Source: the human T2T-CHM13v2.0 reference genome, Homo sapiens
Direction: 5' to 3' (one strand)
Assembly: GCF_009914755.1 (NCBI RefSeq)
Contig: NC_060925.1
Length of the DNA stretch: 64,000 bases
Every line of letters begins with the position of its first letter. Position 1 is the first letter of the stretch. Positions 1-17,215 of the stretch are shown here, in pieces. A program made the position numbers and the translations under genes. Under the pieces are notes generated by a model. The model did not search any database. It saw nothing but the letters and a program-made list of their open reading frames with translations, and was not told where the DNA came from.

Positions 1-410
1 TTCATGATAGCAACAAACAATGTAAAACATCTAGGAATAAACAAAAATGTGCAGAGCATTTATGGAGAAAGTTATCAGGACTACATCACAGGAAATGTTT
101 AAAAATTCCTGAATAAATGGAGAAATAAATCATTAACTATAAAACCCAATATTATTAAAATATTAATTCTTCCGAAATTGTGTTAAAAATTTGGGAAGGT
201 TGCAAGCAAACGTCCAAGAGTTTTCAGAGCACTTAAACTTATTTGAAAATTCCAGCATAAGGACAGTAATATATGAATAATTAAGACAATTTTTAAAAGA
301 ACAGCAAAGAGAACTGACCCACCAGTTAAAATATATTAAATGTCTATATTAATTAAAACAGTAGATGTGGATTCAGTGATATACAAAGATTGGTAGATCA
401 AAGAACCCTG
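1..410 (+). mobile_element. Highly diverged L1M ORF2 fragment
   Basis: aaacatctaggaataaa...aataaatggaga...caatattattaaaatattaattcttcc matches the L1 ORF2 YLGI...KWKxIPCSW...NIVKM region. Confidence 0.6.
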
Positions 411-535
411 GAAACATCTCTGTTTGGCATCTCAAATTTTACAATACCAAACCTGAATCCTTCCATCTACCTTCCTCCCATCCTACATCTACTTGTCTCT
501 CTGCTTTCTCCATTTCAGTTGACAGCCACTCATTG
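411..535 (+). mobile_element. L2 fragment
   Basis: ggcatctcaaa...ccaaacctgaa...ccatttcagttgacagccac resembles the L2 3' region. Confidence 0.5.
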
Positions 536-1869
536 GAATTTGCTTGTTTAACAGTAGGAAAATTTCTTCTTCCCATTTCCCTAGGATTCAATTCCTCACT
601 CTGCCATAATGGGACAGGTTATGACATATTCCCTGAAATTATACTAGAGCCAGGGCTAACTAGGTCTATGGGAAAAATTGAAATATTTTAAATGCTCTTC
701 TCCCTACATCTACAGAGGTCCCCTGAGGTTCTTCTATCTCTGTGGGGTCTCTGCTTTTATAAGCTTCTCTTGAGAGGCATTGAAAATGGGACAGCATTTA
801 ACATAAACAAGCTGAAGAGGAAACCAGTGCAATCCCTGTTCCTTCAAGGAGCCATAAAGCGATGAGTAGCACAAAGCGCTCAGCTCTGTATGGGGCAGTG
901 AAGGACATCTAGTTTTCTCATGGAAACGCTTAGCACCCTTAGCGTCACTAAGTGCCAATATACCCCTCTAAGTGCATGGTCAAATGCAGGCATAATTTGT
1001 TCTGCCTCCAGAGGATTACAGTAAAAATTAACTCAAAATGGATTAAGTATACCAGATTGCCTTCTCCACCCTGCCTACCCAAGCATTTAACCTTACCGCT
1101 CAGCCTCAGAGATAACGAGCTCACAGGTACTTCTCTCTTGAGGGAGATCTAAGTCAATTTAGGATGACTTTAATCCTCTGAATTAAAAAAAAAAAAAAAA
1201 AGTCACCACAAAGCCTGAATCTCATAGTTCACCAATCAGGACAAACAATTTGTTTGCAAAAAATGCTACTTGCTTTTGCAGGTGGAAAACTACTTTCTAG
1301 AAATTTACTAATTATAGCTGTAGTTGATGTGGTCATTCATATGAGCAAGAAGAGAGAGAGAGGAATAGAGCAGGGACGTAAGTGGAAGGTGGAAGACTGG
1401 GCTGCAGGAGTCTGAAGCAGGACACTGACTGCCGTCTCACAGAAAGTCTCATAGGTGTATAAAACAGCAAGGAAAGTGGCTCTGAGTCTCAGCTGCCCTG
1501 AGGGAGGATGGATGATGCTGAAATCTCAGGAACTGGGCAGGTCATCAAAGCAGGTAGGGCAAAGAATCCATTTCCTTCACATTGAAGTCACACGATGCTC
1601 CATTTTCTACATTTGCATCAGGACCCATCTGCTTCATGAGCAACATTACTGACAATGATGGGACCCTCATCACTATCCAAAAGTTCCTCTCAAAATCTGC
1701 TCCCATTTTCACTGCACTATTCCATACAATTTATTCAATCCATTTATTTTGCAAATAACTGAACATGTCCTATATACATATCATGGTACAACCTTCTGAA
1801 GAAAATATAAAGATATCTATAGCCTGTGTACTCAGAGCTCCCCTAACACTGGAAATAAAAATTATTTAA

Positions 1870-1990
1870 TTTTTTGTTTTCTACACTAGGTCATTAGCTC
1901 CAAATGGAAGGGACCTTGCCTATCTTGCTCATCATTGCATTTCCAGCATGATACCACCTGATACATAGGTGATAATGAATAAATTAATGA
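1870..1990 (+). mobile_element. L2 3' end
   Basis: agctcc...agggaccttgcctatcttgctcatcattgcatttccagca...acataggtg...tgaataaatt. Confidence 0.55.
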
Positions 1991-2206
1991 TCTCTTTCCT
2001 TCTGTCATTAACAGTGTAAGTCAAACATAGATGCAAGAAATTGATTAAATGCATAAATAACAAAGTCACCTAACTCTCTTCCTGAATTATAAATCTGGTA
2101 TATGAATTCAATATTATACTCATTTATGTGGGTTGGCCATATTTGAACTTATAAGTCTCCAGCTAAAAGAAATCATTTAGATATTGTTTTTTAAAAGGTG
2201 CCAAGT

Positions 2207-6347
<4,141 letters not shown>

Positions 6348-7629
6348 TAAAGAGGTGCCCAAAGTAAGTGGTTTTCACAGACACGTGTAGTCATGGGTAC
6401 AGACACCAAGCAGGTAAGCAATATTCCTCAAATGGAGATTGAGCAAGGGTCATCCTCATCTGGGTGTGGGAGAAAAAAGTTAAATTCCCATCAAGGGAGG
6501 AGAGAATATCAGGATAGCTTCAGAGAAAGTCAGCTCTAGATAGAATCACCTTATCCCACCGCCATTGTATAACATCTAAACTCATTCCCCAGATTTCAGG
6601 ATCAAAAATAGCCCTCGGAAATCAACAGTGCTCAGATAGACGGAGGCTTGCAGATGCCAGAACAGGCTCACATGACAAACCCACCTCCGCCCCCTTTACT
6701 TTAAAGTATGGAACTTTTAAGACTAGAAGAGGAACTTTCTGGTTCCTTTGCTATGAGTCAGAGATGCTTTTGGTGTACTTGTGAGCAGCCAGGAGGAGGA
6801 AGAAAGCACAAACATAAGGAGGATGAGGAGTAGGAGGGGAAAATCATTTTCTTTTCAGGCTGAATGTGCTCGCTGGAGGATTGCTGAGGTGTTTCTCTTT
6901 GTTTGGAAAGAAGAAATCGATGCTTGCATCTAAACTACATCCTAATTAGAAGCCACATCAGGCAAAATCTCTAAACCTTTTCAGCCCTGAGAAGCAAAAG
7001 CGTCATCACATTATCACTCTGCAAAATTGAATCATTAATACATAGTAAAAACATAAAAACTGTGAAAAAGACTGTGAAGTATGCAGCCACAGGAATGCAT
7101 TACGGAAGAATGAGTAATAAGTTCCAGTAGCTGTGGTGGTGGTTATAATGAATAAATCCTACCCTAACAAATGAAGTCACCTGGTTCTCTTCCTAAATTA
7201 CAAATCCAATAGACCAGAGACAAGTGCTAGGTATGATGGTGGGGGAGGGAGCATTTAGAAAAACTTCCAATCCAGAGGTCTAGGCTTTTGCAGAGAAATG
7301 AATGTAAATGAAGTCATAGGTGGAAAGCTCAGCACCTTAGAGCAGCAAATGTGTGCTAATGAAGGCAAAGGATGCCAACAGAGTTTTGCTTCTGATAGAG
7401 AAAAGCTCTTCTTTCCTGGCTAACATATGTGAGGCTAACCTAGTCTCCCTGTCTTAGGCATGTTGGCCCTTGATCACCAGAGGGACCAGAATGGATCTGG
7501 GGGTGGGGGAGTTTCTCTATGAACACATTCTTGGCACTAGAACAATAACACAAAGCATGTATCCTAACAATTGTTGGCCTTCTTCATAGACAAGGCACAA
7601 TTTGCTTCATGTCCTGTTATGGGATGGCA

Positions 7630-7830
7630 TGGGGATTCTAGAACCAGAGACTATGTTTAAATATTGACTCCACCATTTACTAGCTATGTGACCTTGAGCA
7701 GGTTGCTTAATCTCTTTGCATCCCAGCCAGCCTGGCTTAAAGTGCATATAAATTATATTTTATACTTCATAGTGTTATTGAGAGGATTAAGAAGAGTCAT
7801 GCAAAAGGCTTTGTAATGTGTAAAGAAAGA
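7630..7830 (+). mobile_element. MIR
   Basis: ccaccatttactagctatgtgaccttgagcaggttgcttaatctct...gaggattaa MIR core. Confidence 0.7.
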
Positions 7831-8479
7831 GCTATACAAATTCACAGGATTGTGGTATTGTCTTGGACAGCCCATTTTCATTAACGCCAAGCAAGCTTGG
7901 TGGAGGTTGAACTGTCCAGGAAAAGAGACAGAATATCCATAGACTCAGAAATACAAGATGTTCAACAGAAATTTATTACACTGATAAATGACTGAACAAG
8001 ATTCATCAAATGATTAAACTTGGATGGTGAAACCAAGGGCCTAGATTACATCTGGTCTGAGGCAAACCTCTTCCTCCCAGCCCATGCTCTGGACAATGAT
8101 TCATCAGCCTCTCAGTTCTACAGACACTAACAGCTCTAATCCATGTCCCTGTACTTGGATGCCTATGTCAGATCTAGTGAGACGCATGCACAGAAAAAGA
8201 ACTAGGGAGCAAAGAAAACATGGCAGAGAAATTGTTGCACCCATAGGCACGTGCATGCATAGAGCCATGGTCATTACCCTTTGAAAGGGACAGAGTTGTC
8301 AACATTCCTCACTCTAATGCCAAGAACAAACTAAGCCCCACCACAGGCATCTTTGGCTTCAATAGCATCAAGTCCAACAATGTGGTATCTACATCAAAGC
8401 AACCTCCTTCTCAAAAGAGCTTTGTTACTTGAGAGGATCCTCTCTTTCCTACACAACTAGCACCTGCAGCCTGTCTGGA

Positions 8480-8680
8480 GGTTTACAGAGCATTCCTGTA
8501 TCTATTATCTTAGTGAGCCTGTGAGAATCCCATGAGGTAGGCAGATAAGTTCTTTTCAGCTCTATTTTATAGAGGAAGATCCCAAAGTTCAGAGAGCTTA
8601 AATGTCTTTACCCAAAGGCACATAATTTATAAGTCATGGAGCTAGGCCCTCAAACTCAGACCTGACTTCAGATCCTAGAA
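8480..8680 (-). mobile_element. MIR
   Basis: atgaggtagg...attttatagaggaag...ttcagagag...cccaaaggcaca is an antisense MIR core. Confidence 0.65.
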
Positions 8681-9622
8681 TGATCTTTCCTCAACCTCAG
8701 GATTACTCCCCATGTACTTTTGGTGAGAGAAGAGCAGCAGCACCCAAGAAATTTGTCTGCCATCCTCCTTGCCTGTTCACTCTCCCCAGGCCTGGCCTGG
8801 AACCATACTTGCTTCAGAGAGGCAGTCACTCCCCTACCAAAGCCGTGCTGGAAGAGCTGCTAGATATCTCTCCACAAATTGCCCTGCTCTCTGCCAGACA
8901 TTCATGCCAGTTTGTACCGCGATTCCTGAACTGATGGCTTAACGGCATATTCAGAAGACTGTCTTCCATCCCTTCTGGAGGAGACACCAGGCAGAGAGAA
9001 AGAAGTCAGTCAATGGCCTACTGTGAGTCAACTTTACCCTTCCAGGACCAACTCAGGGCTGAAGTTCACTTACAGAGCCTTAGGCAGTTACTCAAACTTC
9101 TGAAGGGTGATTTCTCAATTTAACTAAGTATCTGAAGCCACACTTTTCCTATTTGCCTTCAGTAGGCACTACCAGTGCACACAGATAAGGACTGAGGCCA
9201 AGAATAGAATCTGACCATAAACCCGTTATATCAGGATCTTCTTAAGATGGCTGAATAGGAACAACTCCGGTCTGCAGCAAGATCAACGCAGAAGGCGGGT
9301 GATTTCTGCTTTCCAACTGAGGTACCCGGCTCATCTCACTGTGACTGGTTAGACAGTGAGTGCAGCCCACGGAGGGTGAGCAGAAGCAGGGTGGGGCATC
9401 ACCTCACCCAGGAAGCACAAGGGATAGGGAACTCCCTCCTGTAGCCAAGGGAAGCCCTGAGGGACTGTGCTGTGAGGAATAGTGCACTCTGGCCAAAATA
9501 CTATGCTTTTCCCACAGTCTTCACAACCTGCAGACCAAGAGATTCCCTCAGGTGCCTATACCACCAGGGCCCTGGGTTTCAAGCACAAAACCGGGCTGCC
9601 ATTTGGGCAGGAGTTTTTTTTT

Positions 9623-9841
9623 TCATACCCCAGTGGCACCTGGAACACCAGCGAGACAGAACCATTCACTCCCCTGGGAAGGGGGCTGAAGCCAGGGAGC
9701 CAAGTGGTCTAGTTCAGTGGATCCCACCTCAATGGACCCCAGCAAGCTAAGATCCACTGGCTTGAAATTCTTGCTGCCAGCACAGCAGTCTGAAGTCCAC
9801 CTGGGACACTTGAGCTTGGTAGGGGGAGAGGCGTCCACCAT
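9623..9841 (-). CDS. L1 ORF0-like antisense ORF (72 aa) in the L1PA7 5' UTR; expression unknown
   Basis: MVDASPPTKLKCPRWTSDCCAGS...GSIEVGSTE aligns with the recalled L1HS ORF0 MAGAPPPASLPPCSLISDCCAS...DSVGVGPSE. The ATG is in a gtaATGg context. Confidence 0.55.
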   Translation of the reverse strand: MVDASPPTKLKCPRWTSDCCAGSKNFKPVDLSLLGSIEVGSTELDHLAPWLQPPSQGSEWFCLAGVPGATGV

Positions 9842-10548
9842 TACTGAGCCTTGAGTAGGCTACTTTCCCCTCACAGTATAAAAAAAGCTGCAGGGAAGTT
9901 CAAACTGGGCGAAGCACACCAAAGTGCCACAAAGCCAATGTAGCCAGACTGCCTCTCTAGATTCCTCCTCTCTGGGCAGACCATGTCTGAAAGAGAGGCA
10001 GCAGCCCCAGTCAGGGTCTTATAGATAAAACTCCCATATCCCTGGGACAGAGCACCTGAGGGAAATGGTGGCTGTGGGCACAGGTTCAGTAGACTTAAAC
10101 ACTCCTGCCTGCTGGCTCAGAAGAGAGCAGCAGATCCCCCAGCACAGCACTTGAGCTCTGCTAAGGGACAGACTGCCTACTCATGTGGGTCCCTGACCCC
10201 CATGCCTCCTGATGGGGAGACACCTCCCAGCAGGGGTCCACAGACACCTCATATAGGAGAATTCCAGCTGGCATCTGGTAGGTGACCCTCTGGACAAAGC
10301 TTTCAGAGGAAGGAACAGGCAGCAATCTTTGCTGTTCTGCAGCCTCTGCTGGTGATACCCAGGCAAACAGGGTCTGGAGTGGACCTCCAGCAAACTCCAG
10401 CAGACCCGCAGCAGAGCAGCCTGATTGATAGAAGGAAAACTAACAAACAGAAAGGAATGGCAACAACACCAACAAAAAGGAGTTACACACCAAAATCCCA
10501 TTCGAAGGTCACCAACATCAAAGACCAAAGATAGAAAAACCCACGAAG

Positions 10549-11570
10549 ATGAGGAAAAACTAGTGCAAAAAGTCTGAAAATTCCAAAAACCAGAATGCTT
10601 CTTCTCCTCCAAAGGATCACAGCTCCTCACCAGCAAGGGAACAAAACTGGATGGAGAATGAATTTGACAAATTGACAGAAGTAGGCTTCAGAAGGTGTGT
10701 AATAACAAACTTCTCCGAGCTAAAGGAGCATGTTCTAACCCAATGCAAGGAAGCTAAGAACCTTGAAAAAAAGTTGGATGAATTGCTAACTAGAATAACA
10801 AGTTTAGAGAAAAATATAAATGACCTGATGGAACTGAAAAACACACCACGAGAACTTCGTGAATATACACAAGTATCAATAACTGAATCGATCAAGCGGA
10901 AGAAAGGATATCAGAGATTGAAGATCAACTTAATGAAATAAAGTGTGAAGCCAAAATTCGAGAAAAAAGAATGAAAATGAATGAACAAAGCCTATAAGAA
11001 AAGTGGGACTATGTGAAAAGACAAAACCTATGTTTGATTGATGTACCTGAAATTGACGGAGAGAATGGAACCAAGTTGGAAAACACTCTTCAGGATATTA
11101 TACAAGAGAACTTCCCCAACATAGCAAGACAGGCCAACATTCAAAATCAGGAAATACAGAGAACACCAAAAACATACTCCTCAAGAAGAGCAACCCCAAG
11201 ACACATAATCTTCAGATTCACTAAGGTTGAAATGAAAAAATAACGTTAAGGGAAGCCAGAAAGAAAGGTCGGGTTACCCACAAAGGGAAGCCCATCAGAC
11301 TAACAGCAGATCTCTCAGCAGAAACATACAAGCTAGAAGAGAGTGGGGTACAATATTCAACACTCTTAAAGGAAATGATTTTCAACCCAGAATTTCATAT
11401 CTAGCCAAACTAAGCTTCATAAGCAAAGGAGAAATAAAATCCTTTACAGACAAGCAAATGCTGAGAGATTTTGTTACCACCAGGCCTGCCTTACAAGAGC
11501 TCCTGAAGGAAGCACTAAATATGGAAAGGAACAACTGGGACCAGCCACTGCAAAACATACTAAATTGTAA
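10549..11570 (+). pseudogene. Disrupted L1 ORF1p of the L1PA7 element
   Basis: ATG at 10549 followed by an early TAG. Fragments MENEFDKLTEVGFRR and NGTKLENTLQDIIQENFPN; frameshifted. Confidence 0.9.
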
Positions 11571-11633
11571 GGACCATAGATACTATGAAAAAACTGCATC
11601 AACTAACAGGCAAAATAACCAGCTAGCATTATA

Positions 11634-14600
11634 ATGATAGGATCAAATTCACACATAACCATATTAACCTTAAATGTAAACAGGCTAAATGCCCCAATTA
11701 AAAGACACAGACTGGCAAATTGGATAAAGAGTCAAGACCCATCGGTGTGCTGTATTCAGGATACTCATCTCATGTGCAAAGATGCACATAGGCTCAAAAT
11801 AAAGGGATGGAGGAATATTTAGCAAGAAAACGGAAAGCCAAAAAAAAAAAAAAAAAAAAAGCAGGGGTGGCAATGCTAGTCTCTGATAAAACAGACTTTA
11901 AACCAACAAAGATCAAAAAAGAGAAAGAAGGCCATTACGTAATGGTAAAGGGATCAACACAACAAGGAGAGCTAACTATCCTAAATATATATATGCACTC
12001 AACACAGGAGCACCAAGATTCATAAAGCAAGTTCTAAGAGACCTACAAAGAGACTCAGACTTCCACACAATAATAGTGGGAGACTTTAACACCCCATTGT
12101 CAATATTAGATCAATGAGACAGAAGATTAACAAGGATATTCAGGACGCGAACTCAGCTCTGGACCAAGCAGACCTAATAGACATCTACAGAACTCTCCAA
12201 CCCAAATCAACAGAATATACATTCTTCTCAGCACCACATCACACTTATTCTAAAATTGACCACAAAATTGGAAGTAAAACACACCTCAGCAAATGCAAAA
12301 GAACAGATATCATAACAAACAGTCTGTCAGACCACAGTGCAATCAAATTAGAACTCAGGATTAAGAAACTCACTCAAAACCACAAAACAATATGGAAACT
12401 GAACAACCTGCTCCTGAATGACTACCGGGTAAACAACAAAATTAAGGCAGAAATAAATAAGTTCCTTGAAACCAATGAGAACAAAGACACAAGGTACCAG
12501 AATCTCTGAGACACAGCTAAAGCAGTGTTTACAGGGATATTTATAGCACTAAACGCCCACAGGAGAAAGCAGGAAAGATCCAAAATTGACACCCTAACAT
12601 CACAATTAAAAGAACTAGAGAAGCAAGAGCAAACAAATTCAAAAGCTAGCAGAAGACAAGAAATAACTAAGATGCGAGCAGAACTGAAGGAGACGGAGAC
12701 ATAAAAAACCCTTCAAAAAAATCAATGAATCCAGGAGCTGGTTTTTTGAAAAGATTAACAAAATAGACCACTAGCCAGACTAATAAAGAAGAAAAGAGAG
12801 AAGAATCAAATAGACACAATAAAAAATGATAAAGGGGATATCACCACTGATCCCACAGAAATACAAACTACCATCAGAGAATACTATAAACGCCTCTATG
12901 CGAATGAACTAGAAAATCTGGAAGTGGATAAATTCCTGGACACATATACCCCCGCAAGACTAAACCAGGAAGAAGTCAAATACCTGAACAGACCAATAAC
13001 AAGTTCTGAAATTGAAGCAGTAATTAACAGCCTAACAACCAAAACAAAACCCAGGACCAGACAGATTCAAAGCTGAATTCTACCAGAAGTACAAAGAGGA
13101 GCCGTTACCATTCCTTCTGATACTATTCCAATTAATAGAAAAACAGGGACTCCTCCCTAACTCATTTTATGAGGCCAGCATCATCCTGATACCAAAACCT
13201 GGCAGAGACACAACAAAAAAAGAAAATTTCAGGCCAATATCCCTGATGAACATCGATGCAAAAATCCTCAGTAAAATACTGGCAAACTGAATCCAGCAGC
13301 ACATCAAAAAGCTTCTCCACCACGATCAAGTCAGCTTCATCCCTGGGATGCAAGGCTGATTCAACATACACAAATAAATAAGCATAATCCCTCTCATAAA
13401 CAGAACCAATGACAAAAACCACATGATTATTTCCATAGATGCAAAAAAGGCCTTCGATAAGATTCAACAGACCTTCATGCTAAAAACTCTCAATAAACTA
13501 GGTATTGACGGAACGTATCTCAAAATAATGAGAGCTATTTATGACCACCCCACAGCCAATGTCCTACTGAATGGGCAGAAGCCAGAAGCATTCTCTTTGA
13601 AAACCAGCACAGAACAGGGATGCCCTCTCTCACCACTCCTATTCAACATAGTGTTGGAAGTTTTTGCCAGGGCAATCAGGCAAGAGAAAGAAATAAAGCG
13701 TATTCAAATAGGAAGAGAGGAAGTCAAATTGTCTCTGTTTGCAGATGACATGATTGTATATTTAGAAAACCCCATCATCTCAGCCCAAAATCTCCTTAAG
13801 CTGATAAGCAACTTCAGTAAAGTCTCAGGATACAAAATCAATGTGCAAAAATCACAAGCATTATTGTACACCAATAATAGCCAAATCATGAGTGAACTCC
13901 CATTCACAATTACTACAAAGAGAATAAAATACCTAGGAATACAACTTACAAGGGATGTGAAGGACCTCTTCAAGGAGAACTACAAATCACTGCTCAAGGA
14001 AATAAGAGAGGACACAAATAAATGGAAGAATATTCCATGCTCATGGATAGGAAGAATCAGTATCATGAAAATGGCCATACTGCCCAAAGTAATTCATAAA
14101 TTCAATGCTATCCCCATCAAGCCACCATTGACTTTCTTCACAGAATTAGAAAAAACTACTTTAAATTTCATATGGAATGAAAAAAGAGCCCATATGCCCA
14201 AGACAATCCTCAGCAAAAAGAACAAAGCTGGAGGCATCAGGCTACCTGATGTCAAACTATACTACAAGGCTACAGTAACCAAATCAGCTCGGTACTGGTA
14301 CCAAAACAGATATACAGACCAGTGGAACAGAACAGAGGCCTCAGAAATAACACCACACATCTACAACCATCTGATCATTGACACATCTGACAAAAACAAG
14401 AAATGGGGAAAGGATTCCCTATTTAATAAATGGTGCTGGGAAAACTGGCTAGCCATATGCAGAAAACTGAAACTGGACCCCTTCCTTACACTTTATACAA
14501 AAATTAATTCCAGAAGGATTAAAGACTTAAATGTAAGACCTAAAACCATAAAAACCCTAGAAGAAAACCTAGGCAATACTATTCAGGACATAGGCATGGG

Positions 14601-16123
14601 CAAACACTTCATGACTAAAACACCAAAAGCAATGGCAACAAAAGCCAAAATTGACAAATGGGATCTAATTAAACTAAAGAGCTTTTGCACAGCAAAAGGA
14701 ACTATCATCAGAGTGAACTGGCACCCTACAGAATGGGAGAAAATGTCTGCAATCTATCCATCTGACAAAGGGATAATACCCAGGATCTACAAGGAACTTA
14801 AACAAATTGACAAGAAAAAAAAAACCCCATCAAAAAGTGGGTATAGCATATGACAGACACTTATAAAAGGAAGACATTTATGCAGGCAACAAACATATGA
14901 AAGAAAAGTTCATCATCAGTGGTCACTAGAGAAATGCAAATCAAAACCACAATGAGATACCATCCCACAGCAGTTAGAATGACGATCATTAAAAAGTCAG
15001 GAAACAACAGGTGCTGGAGAGGATGTGGAGAATAGGACTGCTTTTACACTGTTGGTGGGAGTGTAAATTAGTTCAACCATTGTGGAAGACACTGTGGCAA
15101 TTCCTCAAGGATCTAGAACTAGAAATACCATTTGACCCAGCCATCCCATTACTGGGTATATACCCAAAGGATTATAAATCATGCTGCTATAAAGTCACAC
15201 GCACACGTATGTTTATTGCGGCACTATTCACAAAAGCAAAGACTTGGAACCAACCCAAGTGTCCATCAATGATAGACTGGATTAAGAAAATGTGGCACAT
15301 ATACACCATGGAATACTATGCAGCCATAAAAAAGGATGAGTTCATGTCCTTTGTAGGGACATGTATGAAGCTGGAAACCATTATTCTGAGCAAACTATTG
15401 CAAGGACAGAAAACCAAATACCACATGTTCTCACTCATAGGTGGGAACTGAACAATGAGAACACTTGGACACAGGGTGAGGAACATCACACACCAGGGCC
15501 TGTCATGGGGTGAGGAGAAGGGGGAGGGATAGCATTAGGAGAAATACCTTATGTAAATGATGAGTTAATGGGTGCAGCACACGAACATGGCACATGTATA
15601 CATATGTAACAAAACTGCACATTGTGCACACATACCCTAGAACTTAAAGTATAATTAAAAAAAAAAAAAGTCAGGAAACAACAGATGCTGAAGAGGATGT
15701 GGAGAATAGGAATGCTTTTATACTGTTGGTGGGAGTGTAAATTAGTTCAACTATTGTGGAAAACAATGTGGCGATTCTTCAAGGATCTAGAACCAAAAAT
15801 ACCATTTGACCCAGCAATCCTATTACTGGGTATATACCCAAAGGATTATAAATCATTCTACTATAAAGACTCATGCACATGTATGTTTATTGCAGCACTA
15901 TTCACAATAGCAAGACTTGGAACCAACCCAAATGCCTATCAGTGATAGACTGGATAAAGAAAATGTGGCACATATTCACCGTGGATACTATGCAGACATA
16001 AAAAAGGATCAGTTAATGTCCTTTGCAGGGACAGGGATGAAGCTGGAAACCATCATTCTCAGCAAACTAACACAAGAACAGAAAACCAAACACCACATGT
16101 TCTCACTCATAAGTGGGAGTTAA
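11634..16123 (+). pseudogene. Disrupted L1 ORF2p (EN/RT) of the L1PA7 element
   Basis: Starts MIGSNSHITILTLNVN. A 476-aa open stretch at 13423-14853 has QGCPLSP, FADD and YLGI. Stops and frameshifts elsewhere; the C-terminus is duplicated by a nested insertion. Confidence 0.92.
15100..15664 (+). mobile_element. L1PA5-like 3' fragment nested in the L1PA7 ORF2
   Basis: Younger diagnostics (atctagaactagaa, attctgagcaaactattgcaaggacag, acacttggacacaggg, taccctagaactt) and its own poly(A) at 15657-15669, after which the host ORF2 resumes. Confidence 0.85.
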
Positions 16124-16741
16124 ACAATGGGAACACATGGACACAGGGAGAGGAACATCACACACTGGGGCCTGTCAGGCGGTCAGGGGGCTAAGGGAGG
16201 GATAGCATTAGAAGAAATACCTAATGTAGATCACAGGTTGATGGGTACATCAAACCACAATGGCACGTGTATACCTAGGTAACAAACCTGCACATTCTGC
16301 ACATGTATCCCAGAACTTAAAGTATATATATATGAAAAAAAAAAACAACCCTTATATCCTGTCCCACAGTCACACCATTCCCTGGATGCCTGAAACTCAT
16401 TTCTAAAACAGCCTCATTGCTTTTGCCTATCAGTACCTTCTTCCAGGTTTAGTCTTTCCCCCTTTTCTGCCTGAAGAAATGCCAGTTTCTCCTTTTAGAG
16501 CTATTAAAATTGCACCTCATTCCTTCTTTCAGTCACTCATTTATGCAAGCAACAGCAAAGCCTTCCTTGTCTCTCAGAGGCAGACAGTCACCACCCTCAC
16601 TGACAGCTCCCCCACACATGCCTCCATCCCAGCATGGGTCACACCATATTTTTTAAAAAAACACATTTATCTATGTAAAAATGTATGAGTTCATTTAAGA
16701 AGTAATACTGAGTCAAAAAGTAATACAGGTTGAACTTTGGT

Positions 16742-16797
16742 AAAAATGGACCCAAAAAAATATGGACCCAAAAATGGCAAAAATGGACCCCAAAAAA
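16742..16797. repeat. Short degenerate tandem repeat (aaaatggaccc[a]n, about 3.5 copies)
   Basis: aaaaatggacccaaaaaaa tatggacccaaaaa tggc aaaaatggaccccaaaaaa. Confidence 0.75.
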
Positions 16798-16939
16798 CTA
16801 AAGTTTGGACAATAATACAGTGGAATCTACTATCCCCAAACACCTTTGACAAGTCTTAATTGGTCTTGCCTCAAGAAGTGTTCCCAGGCAAAGCCCTTTC
16901 TGTCTTATTGCCACTGCCATGTCTTAATTCAGAATACTG

Positions 16940-17215
16940 ATCCACTCAATAAGCATTTGTTGATCATTGACTATGTGCCAGTTATCAGTATATATAGTCC
17001 CTGCCCTAAAGCTCATAAATTCCTAGAAGAGTTATACAAGTAGACAATTATATTATCATGATAAATGCAACGTAGGAGGTAATCACAGAGAGCCTTGGGA
17101 GGGATACTGATTCCATTCTAAGGGGTCGGAGGAAAAGTGGTAGTCATCTGAACTGAGTCATTAAGGACTGGCAGGAGTTAGCAAAAGAAGAGAAGAAAGT
17201 TCAGGCAGAAAGGCT
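16940..17215 (-). mobile_element. L2 3' region
   Basis: cactcaataagcatttgttgatca...ctatgtgcca...gtccctgccct is an antisense L2 end. Confidence 0.6.

Larger units (their letters stand above)
9233..16346 (+). mobile_element. Full-length L1PA7-like LINE-1 (inactive), antisense to KCNH1
   Basis: Starts aagatggctgaataggaacaactccggtctgcagc; ~1.3-kb 5' UTR, ORF1, ORF2. The 3' UTR cacatgtatcccagaacttaaag plus A-tail is L1PA7-type. TSD aaacccgttatatc (9219-9232) / aacccttatatc (16347-16358). Confidence 0.93.

Noticed and set aside
1185-1201. Isolated A17 tract as a retrocopy tail
   Set aside because: No TSD or recognisable upstream element found.
13423-14853. 476-aa reverse transcriptase ORF as a novel or active RT system
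   Set aside because: It is a fragment of L1 ORF2; the endonuclease part is cut off by stops and frameshifts and ORF1 is broken.
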